Below are positions 24,043-33,506 of a DNA stretch of 47,659 nt, piece by piece. The notes beneath the pieces were generated by a model that was not told the origin of the DNA, did no database searches, and saw only the letters and a program-made list of their open reading frames with translations. Every line of letters begins with the position of its first letter. Position 1 is the stretch's first letter. The DNA is from Clostridia bacterium (GTDB lineage Bacteria > Bacillota > Clostridia > Peptostreptococcales > Caminicellaceae): positions 1 to 47,659 of the forward strand of contig JANQEZ010000008.1 in NCBI GenBank assembly GCA_028278115.1. The letters are read 5' to 3'. Position numbers and translations under genes: made by a program.

Positions 24043-25854
24043 ATGTACGGTTATGTGGGAAAGATATTGAGAATTAACCTTAAGGAAAGAGTTGCAAATG
24101 TTGAGGCATTGGATTTAGAGGTGGCAAAGAAATTCATTGGCGGTAGAGGATTAGGGACTAAGATGCTTATGGAGGAAGTGGACCCTAAGATTGATGCTCT
24201 AAGTCCCGAAAATAAGCTTATAGTGGTTTCGGGGCCTTTAACGGGAACACCTACACCAACTGGTGGAAGATATATGGTTGTAACAAAATCGCCATTGACT
24301 GGAACAGTAGCATCTTCAAACTCAGGAGGATATTGGGGAGCTGAATTAAAATTTGCGGGTTACGATGGGATTATCATAGAAGAAAAGGCAGATTCACCTG
24401 TGTATGTAAATATTGAAGATGATAAAGTGGAAATTAAGGACGCCTCTAATCTATGGGGTAAGGTAGTTTCTGAAACAACTGACTTGCTTGAAAAGGAGTA
24501 TGGAGGTAAGGTCAAGGTCCTTACAATCGGTCCAGCCGGTGAAAAGCTTTCAAGAATAGCTGCAATCATGAATGATAAGGATAGAGCAGCAGGTCGCTCC
24601 GGTGTTGGAGCAGTAATGGGCTCAAAGAACCTAAAGGCAATAACAGTAAGGGGTAGTAATAGAAAGGCTAAAGTGAAGGAGCCCGATAAGCTAAAGCAGG
24701 TATTTTCAAGGTCTATCAAGAAAATAAGAGATAATGGAGTTACGGGACAAGGATTGCCCACCTATGGAACTGCTGTGCTTGTTAACGTTATAAATGAGAG
24801 TGGAGTTCACCCTACTAATAACTTCCAGGATGGTTTTTTTGGAAATGCAGATGATATTAGCGGAGAAACCCTTGCAGAGAAATATTTAGTTAAAAAGGAA
24901 GCTTGCTATCGATGTCCAATTGTATGTGGAAGATACTGTAAAGTAGATGATATAGAGGGAGGAGGGCCAGAATATGAAACTATCTGGGCCTATGGCTCTG
25001 ACTGTGGAGTTAATGATCTTGGAGAAATAATTAAAGCAAATTATTGGTGCAACGAACTGGGACTCGATACGATTTCCGCAGGGGCAACCTTGGCGGCAGC
25101 AATGGAGCTTTATCAAAAAGGGTATATAAAGGATGAAGAAGTAGATGGGCCTCCATTGGAATTTGGAAATGCCCATGCCGTTATGGAATGGACCAAAAAA
25201 ATGGGACTTCGTGAAGGCTTAGGGGATAAATTTGCTGAGGGCTCATATAGATTAGCAGAAATGTATGGAGCACCAGAACTTTCTATGTCTGTAAAGAAAC
25301 AGGAGCTTCCAGCATATGACCCAAGGGGTATTCAAGGTCAAGGACTGCAATATGCCACCTCAAATAGAGGAGGATGTCATGTTAGAGGATATCTGATATC
25401 TCCAGAAATTTTAGGACTTCCTGAGAAGCTAGATAGATTTTCACTTGAAGGAAAACCAACATGGGTTAAAATATTCCAAGATTTAACTGCTGTAATTGAT
25501 TCACTAGGATTATGTCTCTTTACTTCATTTGCCTTAGGGGTAGAGGATTATGCTGATCTATATAATGCTGTTTGTGGAACTGACCATACTGCACAGAGCA
25601 TACTTCAAGCTGGAGATAGGATATGGAATATTGAAAAGCTATTTAATTTAGAGTCAGGTTTAGACAGCTCTGATGATACACTACCTAAGAGATTACTTGA
25701 GGAGCCAATACCAGAAGGTCCTTCAAAGGGATGGATAACTAAGCTGGATGAAATGCTCCCTAAATATTATGAAGAAAGAGGATGGGATGAAAAAGGAGTC
25801 CCCACTGAAGAAAAATTAGTTGAGCTTGGACTTTTAATGAAGACTAAGGCATAA
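24043..25854 (+). CDS. aor: Tungsten-containing aldehyde:ferredoxin oxidoreductase (AOR family)
   Basis: 603 aa with an AOR N-domain (GGRGLG...SGPLTGT...GRY) and the [4Fe-4S] ligand segments CYRCPIVC and ...GLCLF. Confidence 0.9.
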   Translation: MYGYVGKILRINLKERVANVEALDLEVAKKFIGGRGLGTKMLMEEVDPKIDALSPENKLIVVSGPLTGTPTPTGGRYMVVTKSPLTGTVASSNSGGYWGAELKFAGYDGIIIEEKADSPVYVNIEDDKVEIKDASNLWGKVVSETTDLLEKEYGGKVKVLTIGPAGEKLSRIAAIMNDKDRAAGRSGVGAVMGSKNLKAITVRGSNRKAKVKEPDKLKQVFSRSIKKIRDNGVTGQGLPTYGTAVLVNVINESGVHPTNNFQDGFFGNADDISGETLAEKYLVKKEACYRCPIVCGRYCKVDDIEGGGPEYETIWAYGSDCGVNDLGEIIKANYWCNELGLDTISAGATLAAAMELYQKGYIKDEEVDGPPLEFGNAHAVMEWTKKMGLREGLGDKFAEGSYRLAEMYGAPELSMSVKKQELPAYDPRGIQGQGLQYATSNRGGCHVRGYLISPEILGLPEKLDRFSLEGKPTWVKIFQDLTAVIDSLGLCLFTSFALGVEDYADLYNAVCGTDHTAQSILQAGDRIWNIEKLFNLESGLDSSDDTLPKRLLEEPIPEGPSKGWITKLDEMLPKYYEERGWDEKGVPTEEKLVELGLLMKTKA

Positions 25855-25877
25855 ATATAAAAAATGTCAATTTCTAT

Positions 25878-25902
25878 ATGGGGCTTCCTTGAGAGGCCCC
25901 AT
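25878..25902 (+). terminator. Hairpin downstream of aor (weak T tract)
   Basis: ATGGGGC-TTCCTTGAGAG-GCCCCAT. Confidence 0.5.
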
Positions 25903-25944
25903 TCAAATATTATATATTTGTAAATATTGCTAGGAGGTAAATGA

Positions 25945-26169
25945 ATGGATATTGAAGTGAGGTTTTTTGCAACATTAAGGGAAGGGAGGGGCAAAAAGGT
26001 TTATTTAGATTATGAAGAAGGAATAGATAGCTATAATATAATAAGGCTTTTTAAGATAAAGGAAGAGGATGTGGCGATTTTACTTATCAACGGAAGGAAT
26101 GGGGAATTAAATACAAAGCTAAGTAAAGGAGATATAGTTTCAATTTTTCCACCGGTTGGAGGTGGTTAA
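25945..26169 (+). CDS. moaD: MoaD/ThiS-family sulfur carrier protein
   Basis: 74 aa with a beta-grasp-like sequence ending ...IFPPVGGG (C-terminal Gly-Gly). Confidence 0.8.
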   Translation: MDIEVRFFATLREGRGKKVYLDYEEGIDSYNIIRLFKIKEEDVAILLINGRNGELNTKLSKGDIVSIFPPVGGG

Positions 26170-26239
26170 AGGATTGTAAGAGTAAAAACAGTAATATACC
26201 TAGAAATAAATTAATAAATATAGGGTAGGAGGTGTACAG

Positions 26240-27583
26240 ATGATGCGTATAAAGTACAGACCTTTTACCCTTTTTCTTTGCCTAGCTTTAATAGTTTTCA
26301 TACTATTTGCTCCTCACATATTGATGAAGCCTCATATAGATGAGTTAGTGGATAAAATTTTCGTAAAAGAGATTCAGTGGAAAGGTGTTATAACAGTTAG
26401 AGATTATCCTAGACTTGATTCAACTACGGGATACAAGTACTCATGGATTATGAGAAAAATCAAGGAATTTGAAAAGGCAAATCCCGGTGTGTTCATAGAA
26501 TTTAAACCCCTAGACTCAGAGTCTGGGCGTATGGAGCTTAATAATGCCATAAAAACTAATTCCTCTCCAGATATAGCACCGGTGGGCTCAGATTTTGAAA
26601 TGATTTCCAAGGGGGTTTTAGAGCCCTTGGATAAATATCTGGTAAGGGAAGAAATAGATAAATACAAGCTAAATGCAATTTCAGCCGTGAAATATGATGA
26701 TAAGATATGGGGTATTCCATATATGATGGAGACTTATTGTGTTTTCTTAAATCTAGAATTATTTGACCAAAGGGGAGTAGAGCCGCCAAAGGACGGAAAT
26801 TGGAGCTATGATGAATTTATAAAGACGGTGAAGGAATTGACCTATGACAAAAATGGTGATGGAGAAGCGGATATATATGGTTTCAATTCCTATATTAGAA
26901 GCAATGCCTATAACGCTTGGGGGATACTATTAAGTGATGGAGGAGAAATAATAGACATTAAAAATGGAAAGTATAATTTTTATGGAGAAAATGCTGTTTC
27001 CGGTTTAAGGAAATTAGCAGATTTGAAGCTTATTCATAGGGTTACACCTGAAGATTTCGGGATTAATTCCCCTAGTCAAGCCTGGCGAAGCTTTGCGGTA
27101 GATAAAAAGGTTGCTGTTTATCCAGGTAAAACATCATTTGTGAACGTTCTTAAAAGACTAAATAGCTTAGGAAAGGGCTTTAACTTTGGAGTAGTTAATT
27201 ATCCAATTGGTAAAGCAGGTATACCTGTATCATCGGGAAATTCTGTATCAGCATATGGAATTTTTAAGCAGCAGGATGAAGAAAAGCTAAAAATGTGTGT
27301 AAAATTTTTAAAGCATTTAACCGATGATGAAGGACAAAAAGAGCTGTATAAGCAAGGGGTGTTTCCAGTAATAAAAAATGTTGGAGCGATATATAATAAC
27401 GATGAACTTATGAAGAATATTGAAAAGAGCTTGCCTTACTCTAAGCCAATTGGCATACATAGCAATTGGAGTCAGATTGATGATATATTGCAAAATCAGA
27501 TTAGAATGGCTATAATAGGGAAAAAATCTCCTAAGGATGCAATAAAGAATGCTAAAGAGAGGATAGATCAGCTTGAATATTAA
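26240..27583 (+). CDS. Extracellular solute-binding protein (ABC family 1, sugar-type), membrane-anchored
   Basis: N-terminal TM anchor FTLFLCLALIVFILF. Has the SBP_bac_1-like length and segments (DIAPVGSDF, KIWGIPYMMETYCVFLN). Confidence 0.7.
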   Translation: MMRIKYRPFTLFLCLALIVFILFAPHILMKPHIDELVDKIFVKEIQWKGVITVRDYPRLDSTTGYKYSWIMRKIKEFEKANPGVFIEFKPLDSESGRMELNNAIKTNSSPDIAPVGSDFEMISKGVLEPLDKYLVREEIDKYKLNAISAVKYDDKIWGIPYMMETYCVFLNLELFDQRGVEPPKDGNWSYDEFIKTVKELTYDKNGDGEADIYGFNSYIRSNAYNAWGILLSDGGEIIDIKNGKYNFYGENAVSGLRKLADLKLIHRVTPEDFGINSPSQAWRSFAVDKKVAVYPGKTSFVNVLKRLNSLGKGFNFGVVNYPIGKAGIPVSSGNSVSAYGIFKQQDEEKLKMCVKFLKHLTDDEGQKELYKQGVFPVIKNVGAIYNNDELMKNIEKSLPYSKPIGIHSNWSQIDDILQNQIRMAIIGKKSPKDAIKNAKERIDQLEY

Positions 27584-27688
27584 TGATAGATGAACTGACC
27601 CTTGTTTTTCTAAAATCAAAAAGGTATACTTATCTTGAATTTAAAGGAATAAAATTATAATAATTAAATAGTGTTAGGAGATGGTTAT

Positions 27689-28597
27689 ATGGATATAAAT
27701 CAAATATATATAGATTTTACTAAAAGGATAGATTCAAGGTATGTACTAAAAAATGAGATGATGAAAAAACATACTTCCTTTAAAATTGGGGGTCCAGCTG
27801 ATGTTTTGGTATTGCCAAATAATATAGATGAAATACAATATGCATTGAATTATTGTAAGGAAAATAATATAAAATACCATGTATTTGGTAATGGAAGTAA
27901 TCTATTAATAAGTGATAAGGGAATTAGAGGAGTAGTAATAAAGATTTCTGATAATTTTAATAATGTAATAATAAATGAAACCACAGTAAAGGCACAATCA
28001 GGTATTTTGCTTTCTCGTTTATCTAAAGTAGTTATGAATCAAAACCTTGAAGGCTTTGAATTTGCCAGCGGCATACCAGGAACTCTAGGTGGAGCTATTG
28101 CCATGAATGCAGGGGCATATGGCGGAGAAATGAAGGATATTGTTACATTAGTATCTGCATTAGACAATGAAGGCAATGTAAGATATTTTGGAAAAGAAGA
28201 ATTGAATTTTGGATATAGAAAAAGTATATTTGGAGAAAAGGGCTATATAGTTTTAGAAGTTGAAATGGAATTAAAAAAGGGTGATTTTGATAAAATAAAG
28301 AGTATAACCGATGATTTAACTATAAAAAGAACAACAAAACAGCCCCTTCATTTACCTAGTGCAGGAAGTACATTTAAGAGACCTGTGGGTTATTATGCTG
28401 GAAAATTGATTGAGGATTCGGGATTAAAGGGTGTAAGGGTAGGTGATGCCCAGGTATCGGATTTACACTGTGGGTTTATTGTTAATTTAGGAAATGCAAG
28501 CTTTGATGATGTATATAATCTTATAAGGCTTGTTCAAAAGGTGGTTAGAGATAAGTTTGCTGTTGAATTACAGACAGAAGTTAAAATAATTAATTAA
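27689..28597 (+). CDS. murB: UDP-N-acetylenolpyruvoylglucosamine reductase MurB
   Basis: FAD-binding segment TSFKIGGPADVLV...GNGSNLL, and the C-terminal PSAGSTFKRP and GDAQVS motifs. Confidence 0.92.
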   Translation: MDINQIYIDFTKRIDSRYVLKNEMMKKHTSFKIGGPADVLVLPNNIDEIQYALNYCKENNIKYHVFGNGSNLLISDKGIRGVVIKISDNFNNVIINETTVKAQSGILLSRLSKVVMNQNLEGFEFASGIPGTLGGAIAMNAGAYGGEMKDIVTLVSALDNEGNVRYFGKEELNFGYRKSIFGEKGYIVLEVEMELKKGDFDKIKSITDDLTIKRTTKQPLHLPSAGSTFKRPVGYYAGKLIEDSGLKGVRVGDAQVSDLHCGFIVNLGNASFDDVYNLIRLVQKVVRDKFAVELQTEVKIIN

Positions 28598-28613
28598 GAA
28601 TAGTGGTGATTTC

Positions 28614-29345
28614 ATGAAAATTTTTGCTGACTATCATACCCATTCTAACTATAGTGGGGATGCCAAGGGTACTATTGAAGATAATGTTGAGGCAGCAAAG
28701 AAAAAAGGACTTAGAGAAATAGCCATAACCGATCATGGGCCAAAGCATATAGGTTATGGAGTAAATAAAAAAGATATAAAAAAGATTAGAAAGGAAATAG
28801 ATGAATTAAATAGAGTAAACACCGACATAGAGGTCAAGTTTGGAATAGAAGCAAATATTATTGGAACCGATGGCAAAATAGATGTGGATGAAGAAATAAA
28901 GAAGGAGCTGGATATATTATTGGCGGGATTTCATTTTGGAAGTATACCAGATAAGCTCATTGAGGGAGCAAAGGTGCAGCTTTATAACATTCTTAGTCCA
29001 TTACTTCCTTCTATTGAAAGAAAATCGAGGGTATTAAATACGAAGGCTGTAGTTGAAGCTCTTAGTAAATACGATATAGATATTTTAACCCATCCAGGAG
29101 CAAAGGCTTCAATAGATACTAGAGAAGTGGCTAGGGCCGCAGTTCAAAATGATACAGCTCTGGAGATAAACAGCAGTCATGGACATTTGACAGTAGAATA
29201 TATAAAGGTTGCAATGAAAGAAGGGGCGAAATTCGTTATAAATAGTGATGCCCATTGTCCTGAAGATATAGGGAATGTCGAAAAAGGTATAAACCGAGCC
29301 ATACAGGCAGGACTCAGCGTAGATAGTATTATTAATGCAGAATAG
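28614..29345 (+). CDS. PHP domain-containing phosphoesterase (histidinol-phosphatase family)
   Basis: N-terminal DYHTHSNYSGDA, later ITDHGP and DAH motifs. Confidence 0.8.
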   Translation: MKIFADYHTHSNYSGDAKGTIEDNVEAAKKKGLREIAITDHGPKHIGYGVNKKDIKKIRKEIDELNRVNTDIEVKFGIEANIIGTDGKIDVDEEIKKELDILLAGFHFGSIPDKLIEGAKVQLYNILSPLLPSIERKSRVLNTKAVVEALSKYDIDILTHPGAKASIDTREVARAAVQNDTALEINSSHGHLTVEYIKVAMKEGAKFVINSDAHCPEDIGNVEKGINRAIQAGLSVDSIINAE

Positions 29346-29427
29346 TAATATATAGAGGCAAGTCTTTAGAGGGAAAGGCTTTAGTCTCTTAAAGAATACT
29401 TTTAACTTACTTTCAACTGAATACACT

Positions 29428-29531
29428 TTAGAGAGATTCCAGTCAAAACTTTAATTTATACACATTAAAAATCCCTAAAATCATCGGATATTTTAATATG
29501 TATAAATTAAGATTTACTATGGATTCTCTAT
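29428..29531 (-). repeat. Family-A-like long-hairpin repeat, diverged copy A3 (opposite orientation)
   Basis: Arms TAGAGAGATTCCAGTCAAAACTTTAATTTATACACATTAAAA / TTTTAATATGTATAAATTAAGATTTACTATGGATTCTCTA. The apical loop AAAATCCCTAAAATCATCGGATATTT resembles the reverse complement of the A1 loop. Confidence 0.65.
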
Positions 29532-29568
29532 ATTAAACCTAAAACTTTACAAAAGATGAGGTGGGTCT

Positions 29569-30420
29569 ATGAAATTTGTTATAATAACGGGTTTGTCGGG
29601 GGCAGGTAAAAGTCAGGCAATGAAATGTATGGAAGATATAGGATTTTATTGCATAGACAATTTACCACCCATACTAATTCCAAAGTTTGCTGAGCTATGC
29701 TTTACTAATGGCGGTGAGATTCAAAAAATTGCTCTAGTTATAGATATAAGGGGAGGCAAATTTTTTGATGATCTTTTTGAGAGCTTAGACGATTTAACCG
29801 ACAAGGGATATAAATATGAAATACTTTTCCTCGATGCATCCGATAAGACATTGATTAAGAGATTTAAGGAGACGAGAAGAGTACATCCCCTAAGCAGTGA
29901 GGGCAGGATAATTGATGGAATAAATGCCGAGAGAAAAAAGCTGGAAAATCTAAAGGTCAGAGCTGATAAAATTATTGATACTTCAAATATGATACCGGGT
30001 GAGCTTAAAGAAGAAATTAAAAAGATATTTATTGAGGGCAGGGCAAATAACATTATTATATCTGTTCTATCCTTTGGGTTCAAAAAAGGAATTCCATTGG
30101 ATGCCGACTTAGTATTTGATGTTAGATTTCTACCTAACCCCCATTATATACCTGAGCTTAAAGAGTTTACAGGAAATGATAAGAGTGTTAGTGAGTACGT
30201 TATGAAATGGCCAGAGAGTATTGAGTTTGTCAAACGACTTAATGACCTTGTTGAATTTCTGATACCTTACTATGAAAGAGAGGGTAAATTTCAGCTTGTT
30301 ATAGCAGTTGGCTGCACAGGAGGGAAGCATAGATCGGTAACGGTTGCTAATATTTTATATAATTACTTGAAAGAAAAAGGGCATAGAGCCAAGTTAAACC
30401 ATAGAGATGTGCCCAAATAG
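29569..30420 (+). CDS. rapZ: RNase adapter protein RapZ (YvcJ)
   Basis: Walker A GLSGAGKS and conserved RapZ segments ([25 protein letters not shown]). Confidence 0.92.
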   Translation: MKFVIITGLSGAGKSQAMKCMEDIGFYCIDNLPPILIPKFAELCFTNGGEIQKIALVIDIRGGKFFDDLFESLDDLTDKGYKYEILFLDASDKTLIKRFKETRRVHPLSSEGRIIDGINAERKKLENLKVRADKIIDTSNMIPGELKEEIKKIFIEGRANNIIISVLSFGFKKGIPLDADLVFDVRFLPNPHYIPELKEFTGNDKSVSEYVMKWPESIEFVKRLNDLVEFLIPYYEREGKFQLVIAVGCTGGKHRSVTVANILYNYLKEKGHRAKLNHRDVPK

Positions 30421-30438
30421 ATAAGGGGTAAGGGGGAC

Positions 30439-31767
30439 ATGAATATATTTTTTTGGTTAAAACCAGGAATTAAAATTAAAAGATGGATAGTTTCAGGTAT
30501 GGTAGGAATCATACTTTTGATGGTTGGTTTAACAAGGATTTTAAATGGTGTAATATCTAAAATTTTAAATGGCAGAGGAAGTATTTTCTTTATTATATCA
30601 GGAAGCGTGATACTATTTATATCAATATATGGAGGAATAGTTCGCCTCAATAGGCTGCTGGAAAAACCCATTTCCAATGGTGGTTTTATTGCTTCAAAAA
30701 ATATAAACAATCTAATAGATAAAAATATTTTAGACCGCGGCTTAAAGGTAGTGGTTATTGGAGGGGGAACAGGATTATCTGTTTTACTCAGAGGTTTAAA
30801 AAGGTTTACTAGCAATATAACGGCAATAGTGACTGTTGCAGATGATGGTGGAGGCTCAGGAAAGCTTAGGGAGGATTTAGGAATGCTTCCTCCTGGTGAC
30901 ATAAGAAACTGCATCTTAGCCTTAGCTGATACTGAACCAATCATGGAGAAGCTTTTTCAATATAGATTTACAGACGGTATATATAAGGGTCAAAATTTCG
31001 GCAACCTACTAATAGCAGCTATGGATGGAATATCCGATGGTTTTGAGGATGCAATTAAAAGGATAAATGACATTTTTGCTGTAGCAGGTAAAGTGCTTCC
31101 TGTTACTGTTGAAGATGTCACCTTATATGCTAGATTAGAAAACGGTAATATAATCAAAGGTGAATCACAAATTCCTAAAAAGAGTAAAGAACTGGGAAGC
31201 CCTATTGAAAGTGTATTTATCAAGCCTAGAAAGGCAAAGCCCCTGGTTGAAGCCAAGGAATCTATAATAGATGCAGATGTTATAATACTTGGACCAGGAA
31301 GCCTTTATACAAGTATTTTACCTAATCTCGTTGTTGATGAAATTACAAAGATGATAAAAAAATCACATGCTATTAAGGTATATGTATCTAATGTCATGAC
31401 TCAACCAGGGGAGACAGATAAATATACTGTTGGAGATCATGTAAATGCAATTTTAAAGCATACCAGCGAAGAAATTATTCAGTATGTCTATGCAAATAAT
31501 AAAAAGATTCCCGGTGAATCCTTTGCGAAGTATAAGGAGGAGGGGGCTAGACCAGTTGAAATTACTGGGAAAGATAAAGAGCTATTTAAAAAATACGGAA
31601 TAAACTTAATTCAAGACAATTTTATAGAAGTTAAAAAAGGATATGTGAGGCATGATGCTTTTAAGCTATCGGAAGAGATATTGGCAATGGTGATAGAGGA
31701 GAGATATAGTAAAGATAGAATAAGATTTATGGAATTGAATTCAATAATGAAGAAGTCTAAAAATTAG
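30439..31767 (+). CDS. yvcK: YvcK/CofD-family gluconeogenesis/morphogenesis factor with an N-terminal two-helix membrane extension
   Basis: The core begins at KVVVIGGGTGLSVLLRGLK (about residue 103). The first ~100 aa contain two hydrophobic helices. Confidence 0.88.
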   Translation: MNIFFWLKPGIKIKRWIVSGMVGIILLMVGLTRILNGVISKILNGRGSIFFIISGSVILFISIYGGIVRLNRLLEKPISNGGFIASKNINNLIDKNILDRGLKVVVIGGGTGLSVLLRGLKRFTSNITAIVTVADDGGGSGKLREDLGMLPPGDIRNCILALADTEPIMEKLFQYRFTDGIYKGQNFGNLLIAAMDGISDGFEDAIKRINDIFAVAGKVLPVTVEDVTLYARLENGNIIKGESQIPKKSKELGSPIESVFIKPRKAKPLVEAKESIIDADVIILGPGSLYTSILPNLVVDEITKMIKKSHAIKVYVSNVMTQPGETDKYTVGDHVNAILKHTSEEIIQYVYANNKKIPGESFAKYKEEGARPVEITGKDKELFKKYGINLIQDNFIEVKKGYVRHDAFKLSEEILAMVIEERYSKDRIRFMELNSIMKKSKN

Positions 31768-31896
31768 AAGATTAGGTTACTGATTTTCTAATTTTTTTGA
31801 ATATTATTTAGAATATTATATATAGAGAAAAACAAACTCCCTTTATAATTAGGGTTTTTTTTATTGTTATGCTCTTAAAAAACTTACTAATATACA

Positions 31897-32033
31897 TATA
31901 TATGTGTGACCCTAAAGTTTTACTTTCAATGTTTTGCTGTGAGCCGTTAGCTATTAGCCAAATTAAGCATTGTAGTTTTGGCTTACGAAATATTTCAAAA
32001 AAGGTTAAGTTTCTAAGTCACACATTTATATAG
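31897..32033 (-). repeat. Family-B MITE-like element, copy B5
   Basis: ATATATGTGTGACCCTAAAGTTTTACTTTCAATG...GGTTAAGTTTCTAAGTCACACATTTATATA. Its reverse complement is closely similar to B1. Confidence 0.88.
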
Positions 32034-32036
32034 ATT

Positions 32037-32141
32037 TAAGTTCCCTAGAGCTATACCATCAAAATAATTTTTATATAAAATACTATAATAAAGGAAAATA
32101 TTTGCATATTATATAGTCCTGCTAAGTTAGAATTATGCTGC
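32037..32141 (-). repeat. Family-D intergenic repeat, copy D2 (abuts B5)
   Basis: Its reverse complement aligns with 17311-17413. Confidence 0.75.
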
Positions 32142-32328
32142 TTACTCAAATAATTCTGGTTGAAATTATTACCATACTATGTTAACTTTATTATGGTATA
32201 CTATTAATAAATTGTTCCGAATGATAGTATTTTTTAATATATTATAATATGACCTAAATTACTTAGGTATAAGAAAAAATGACACTAATTATTATAGAAT
32301 TTGACTTATAGAAGTTTTAGCATAAGGA

Positions 32329-32763
32329 GTGGAACAATTGAGAGAAGAAGTTAGTGCTGGTGGAGTTGTATATTTCGGAAATGCAATTTTACTGCTTAAA
32401 AAATATAATGGAGATTGGGTTTTACCTAAGGGCAAAATTGAAAAAAATGAAGACAAAAAGGATACATCAATTAGAGAAGTATTTGAAGAAGGTGGAGTTA
32501 AGGCCGACGTTATAAAATATATTGGAAAGATTCAATACTCCTTTAAAAATAGCTGGAGAAATAATGAGATTATCAATAAGACAGTTCATTGGTATTTGAT
32601 GAAGGCCAGAGGAATGTCGTGTAATCCTCAAAAAGAAGAGGGTTTTATAGATGCAAGATTTATTCATATAGATAGAGTTAAAAATATGGCAAAATACGAA
32701 GATGAAAAAAACATTATTGACAAAGCTATAAAAGAAATAAAAAAACTGAGACCTAATGGTTAA
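32329..32763 (+). CDS. NUDIX hydrolase
   Basis: Nudix box GKIEKNEDKKDTSIREVFEEGGV. The start is GTG 32329 or TTG 32338 (AAGGAG at 32322-32327). Confidence 0.8.
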   Translation: MEQLREEVSAGGVVYFGNAILLLKKYNGDWVLPKGKIEKNEDKKDTSIREVFEEGGVKADVIKYIGKIQYSFKNSWRNNEIINKTVHWYLMKARGMSCNPQKEEGFIDARFIHIDRVKNMAKYEDEKNIIDKAIKEIKKLRPNG

Positions 32764-32821
32764 TCAGGCCTCAGAACATCAATAGTCTCAGACCTCACTT
32801 CTAGTGGGGTCTTTTAAAATC

Positions 32822-33001
32822 TTAATATGTCTGGTTAATATCTGATTTTGATATAAATGTTGAACAAGCAGTACCATCACTGGTTTTAGCATAGCCATCA
32901 CCCATAGCGTTTACTTCTAAGGATTTAGCCTGGCAATAATTTTGCTTGTTATACTTACAATTTGATACAGAGCATTTTACTTCCATTTCAGGTGTGTGCA
33001 T
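32822..33001 (-). CDS. DUF1540 domain-containing small cysteine-rich protein
   Basis: MHTPEMEVKCSVSNCKYNKQNYCQA...CSTF. The pattern C-x-V-x-x-C...C...C-x-x-F is typical of DUF1540. ATG 33001 follows AGGAGG. The track start 33058 is an upstream extension. Confidence 0.7.
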   Translation of the reverse strand: MHTPEMEVKCSVSNCKYNKQNYCQAKSLEVNAMGDGYAKTSDGTACSTFISKSDINQTY

Positions 33002-33032
33002 AATTGTACCTCCTATATGGAATATATATCTA

Positions 33033-33194
33033 TTAGCCTTGAGGCTCAAAGCTTCCACAGTCCGTACATTCTACTGTAGTAGCAGTCCCAGTATGCTTTA
33101 CTACATCTATATGATTTAAGCTACAGTAAGATTCTGTCTTAGCGTGATGTTTGCATTCTATTACATTACATCCAATACTTCTATTTGTTGTCAT
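33033..33194 (-). CDS. DUF1540 domain-containing small cysteine-rich protein (53 aa, below the ORF-track cutoff)
   Basis: My translation is MTTNRSIGCNVIECKHHAKTESYCSLNHIDVVKHTGTATTVECTDCGSFEPQG. GGGAGGTG RBS upstream. Paralogous to the adjacent ORF. Confidence 0.65.
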   Translation of the reverse strand: MTTNRSIGCNVIECKHHAKTESYCSLNHIDVVKHTGTATTVECTDCGSFEPQG

Positions 33195-33506
33195 TAATTC
33201 ACCTCCCTAGTCTTACAAAAATATTATTCTCATTTTAAAGAATGATTATTCTTTATGAGTAATCACAAAATTTGCTACTTTTTTATTTGCATTGCAATTA
33301 TAGAATTAAAATTATGATATAATAAAATAAAAAATGAAAGCAATCCTTCACTTTAAATAGCTTGACAATCCTTATATTTAGGGAAAAAATAACACTTTAC
33401 ATTTTTTTGAAAAATAGTAAAATTAAAATAAAATATCCATAAGAATTTTTTGAAATTTAATATATACTATTCTAAATATACTTACTTAAATAAAGACGGT
33501 GATTAA

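Noticed and set aside
30363-30944. 193-aa minus-strand ORF. Other long antisense ORFs fall in the same class: 5168-5617, 14731-15144, 24360-24761, 22151-22513 and 46932-47315
   Set aside because: These are shadow frames opposite well-supported genes (yvcK, hydF, tupB, aor, the sigma-54 activator and rlmD). Their serine/proline/isoleucine-rich composition is typical of antisense frames in AT-rich genes, and I recognise no motifs.
6251-32033. Possibility that the dispersed repeats are a CRISPR array or its remnants
   Set aside because: The copies are 125-150 nt long and kilobases apart, lie in both orientations, and are internally palindromic. There are no regularly spaced 25-40-nt direct repeats with unique spacers, and no cas genes.
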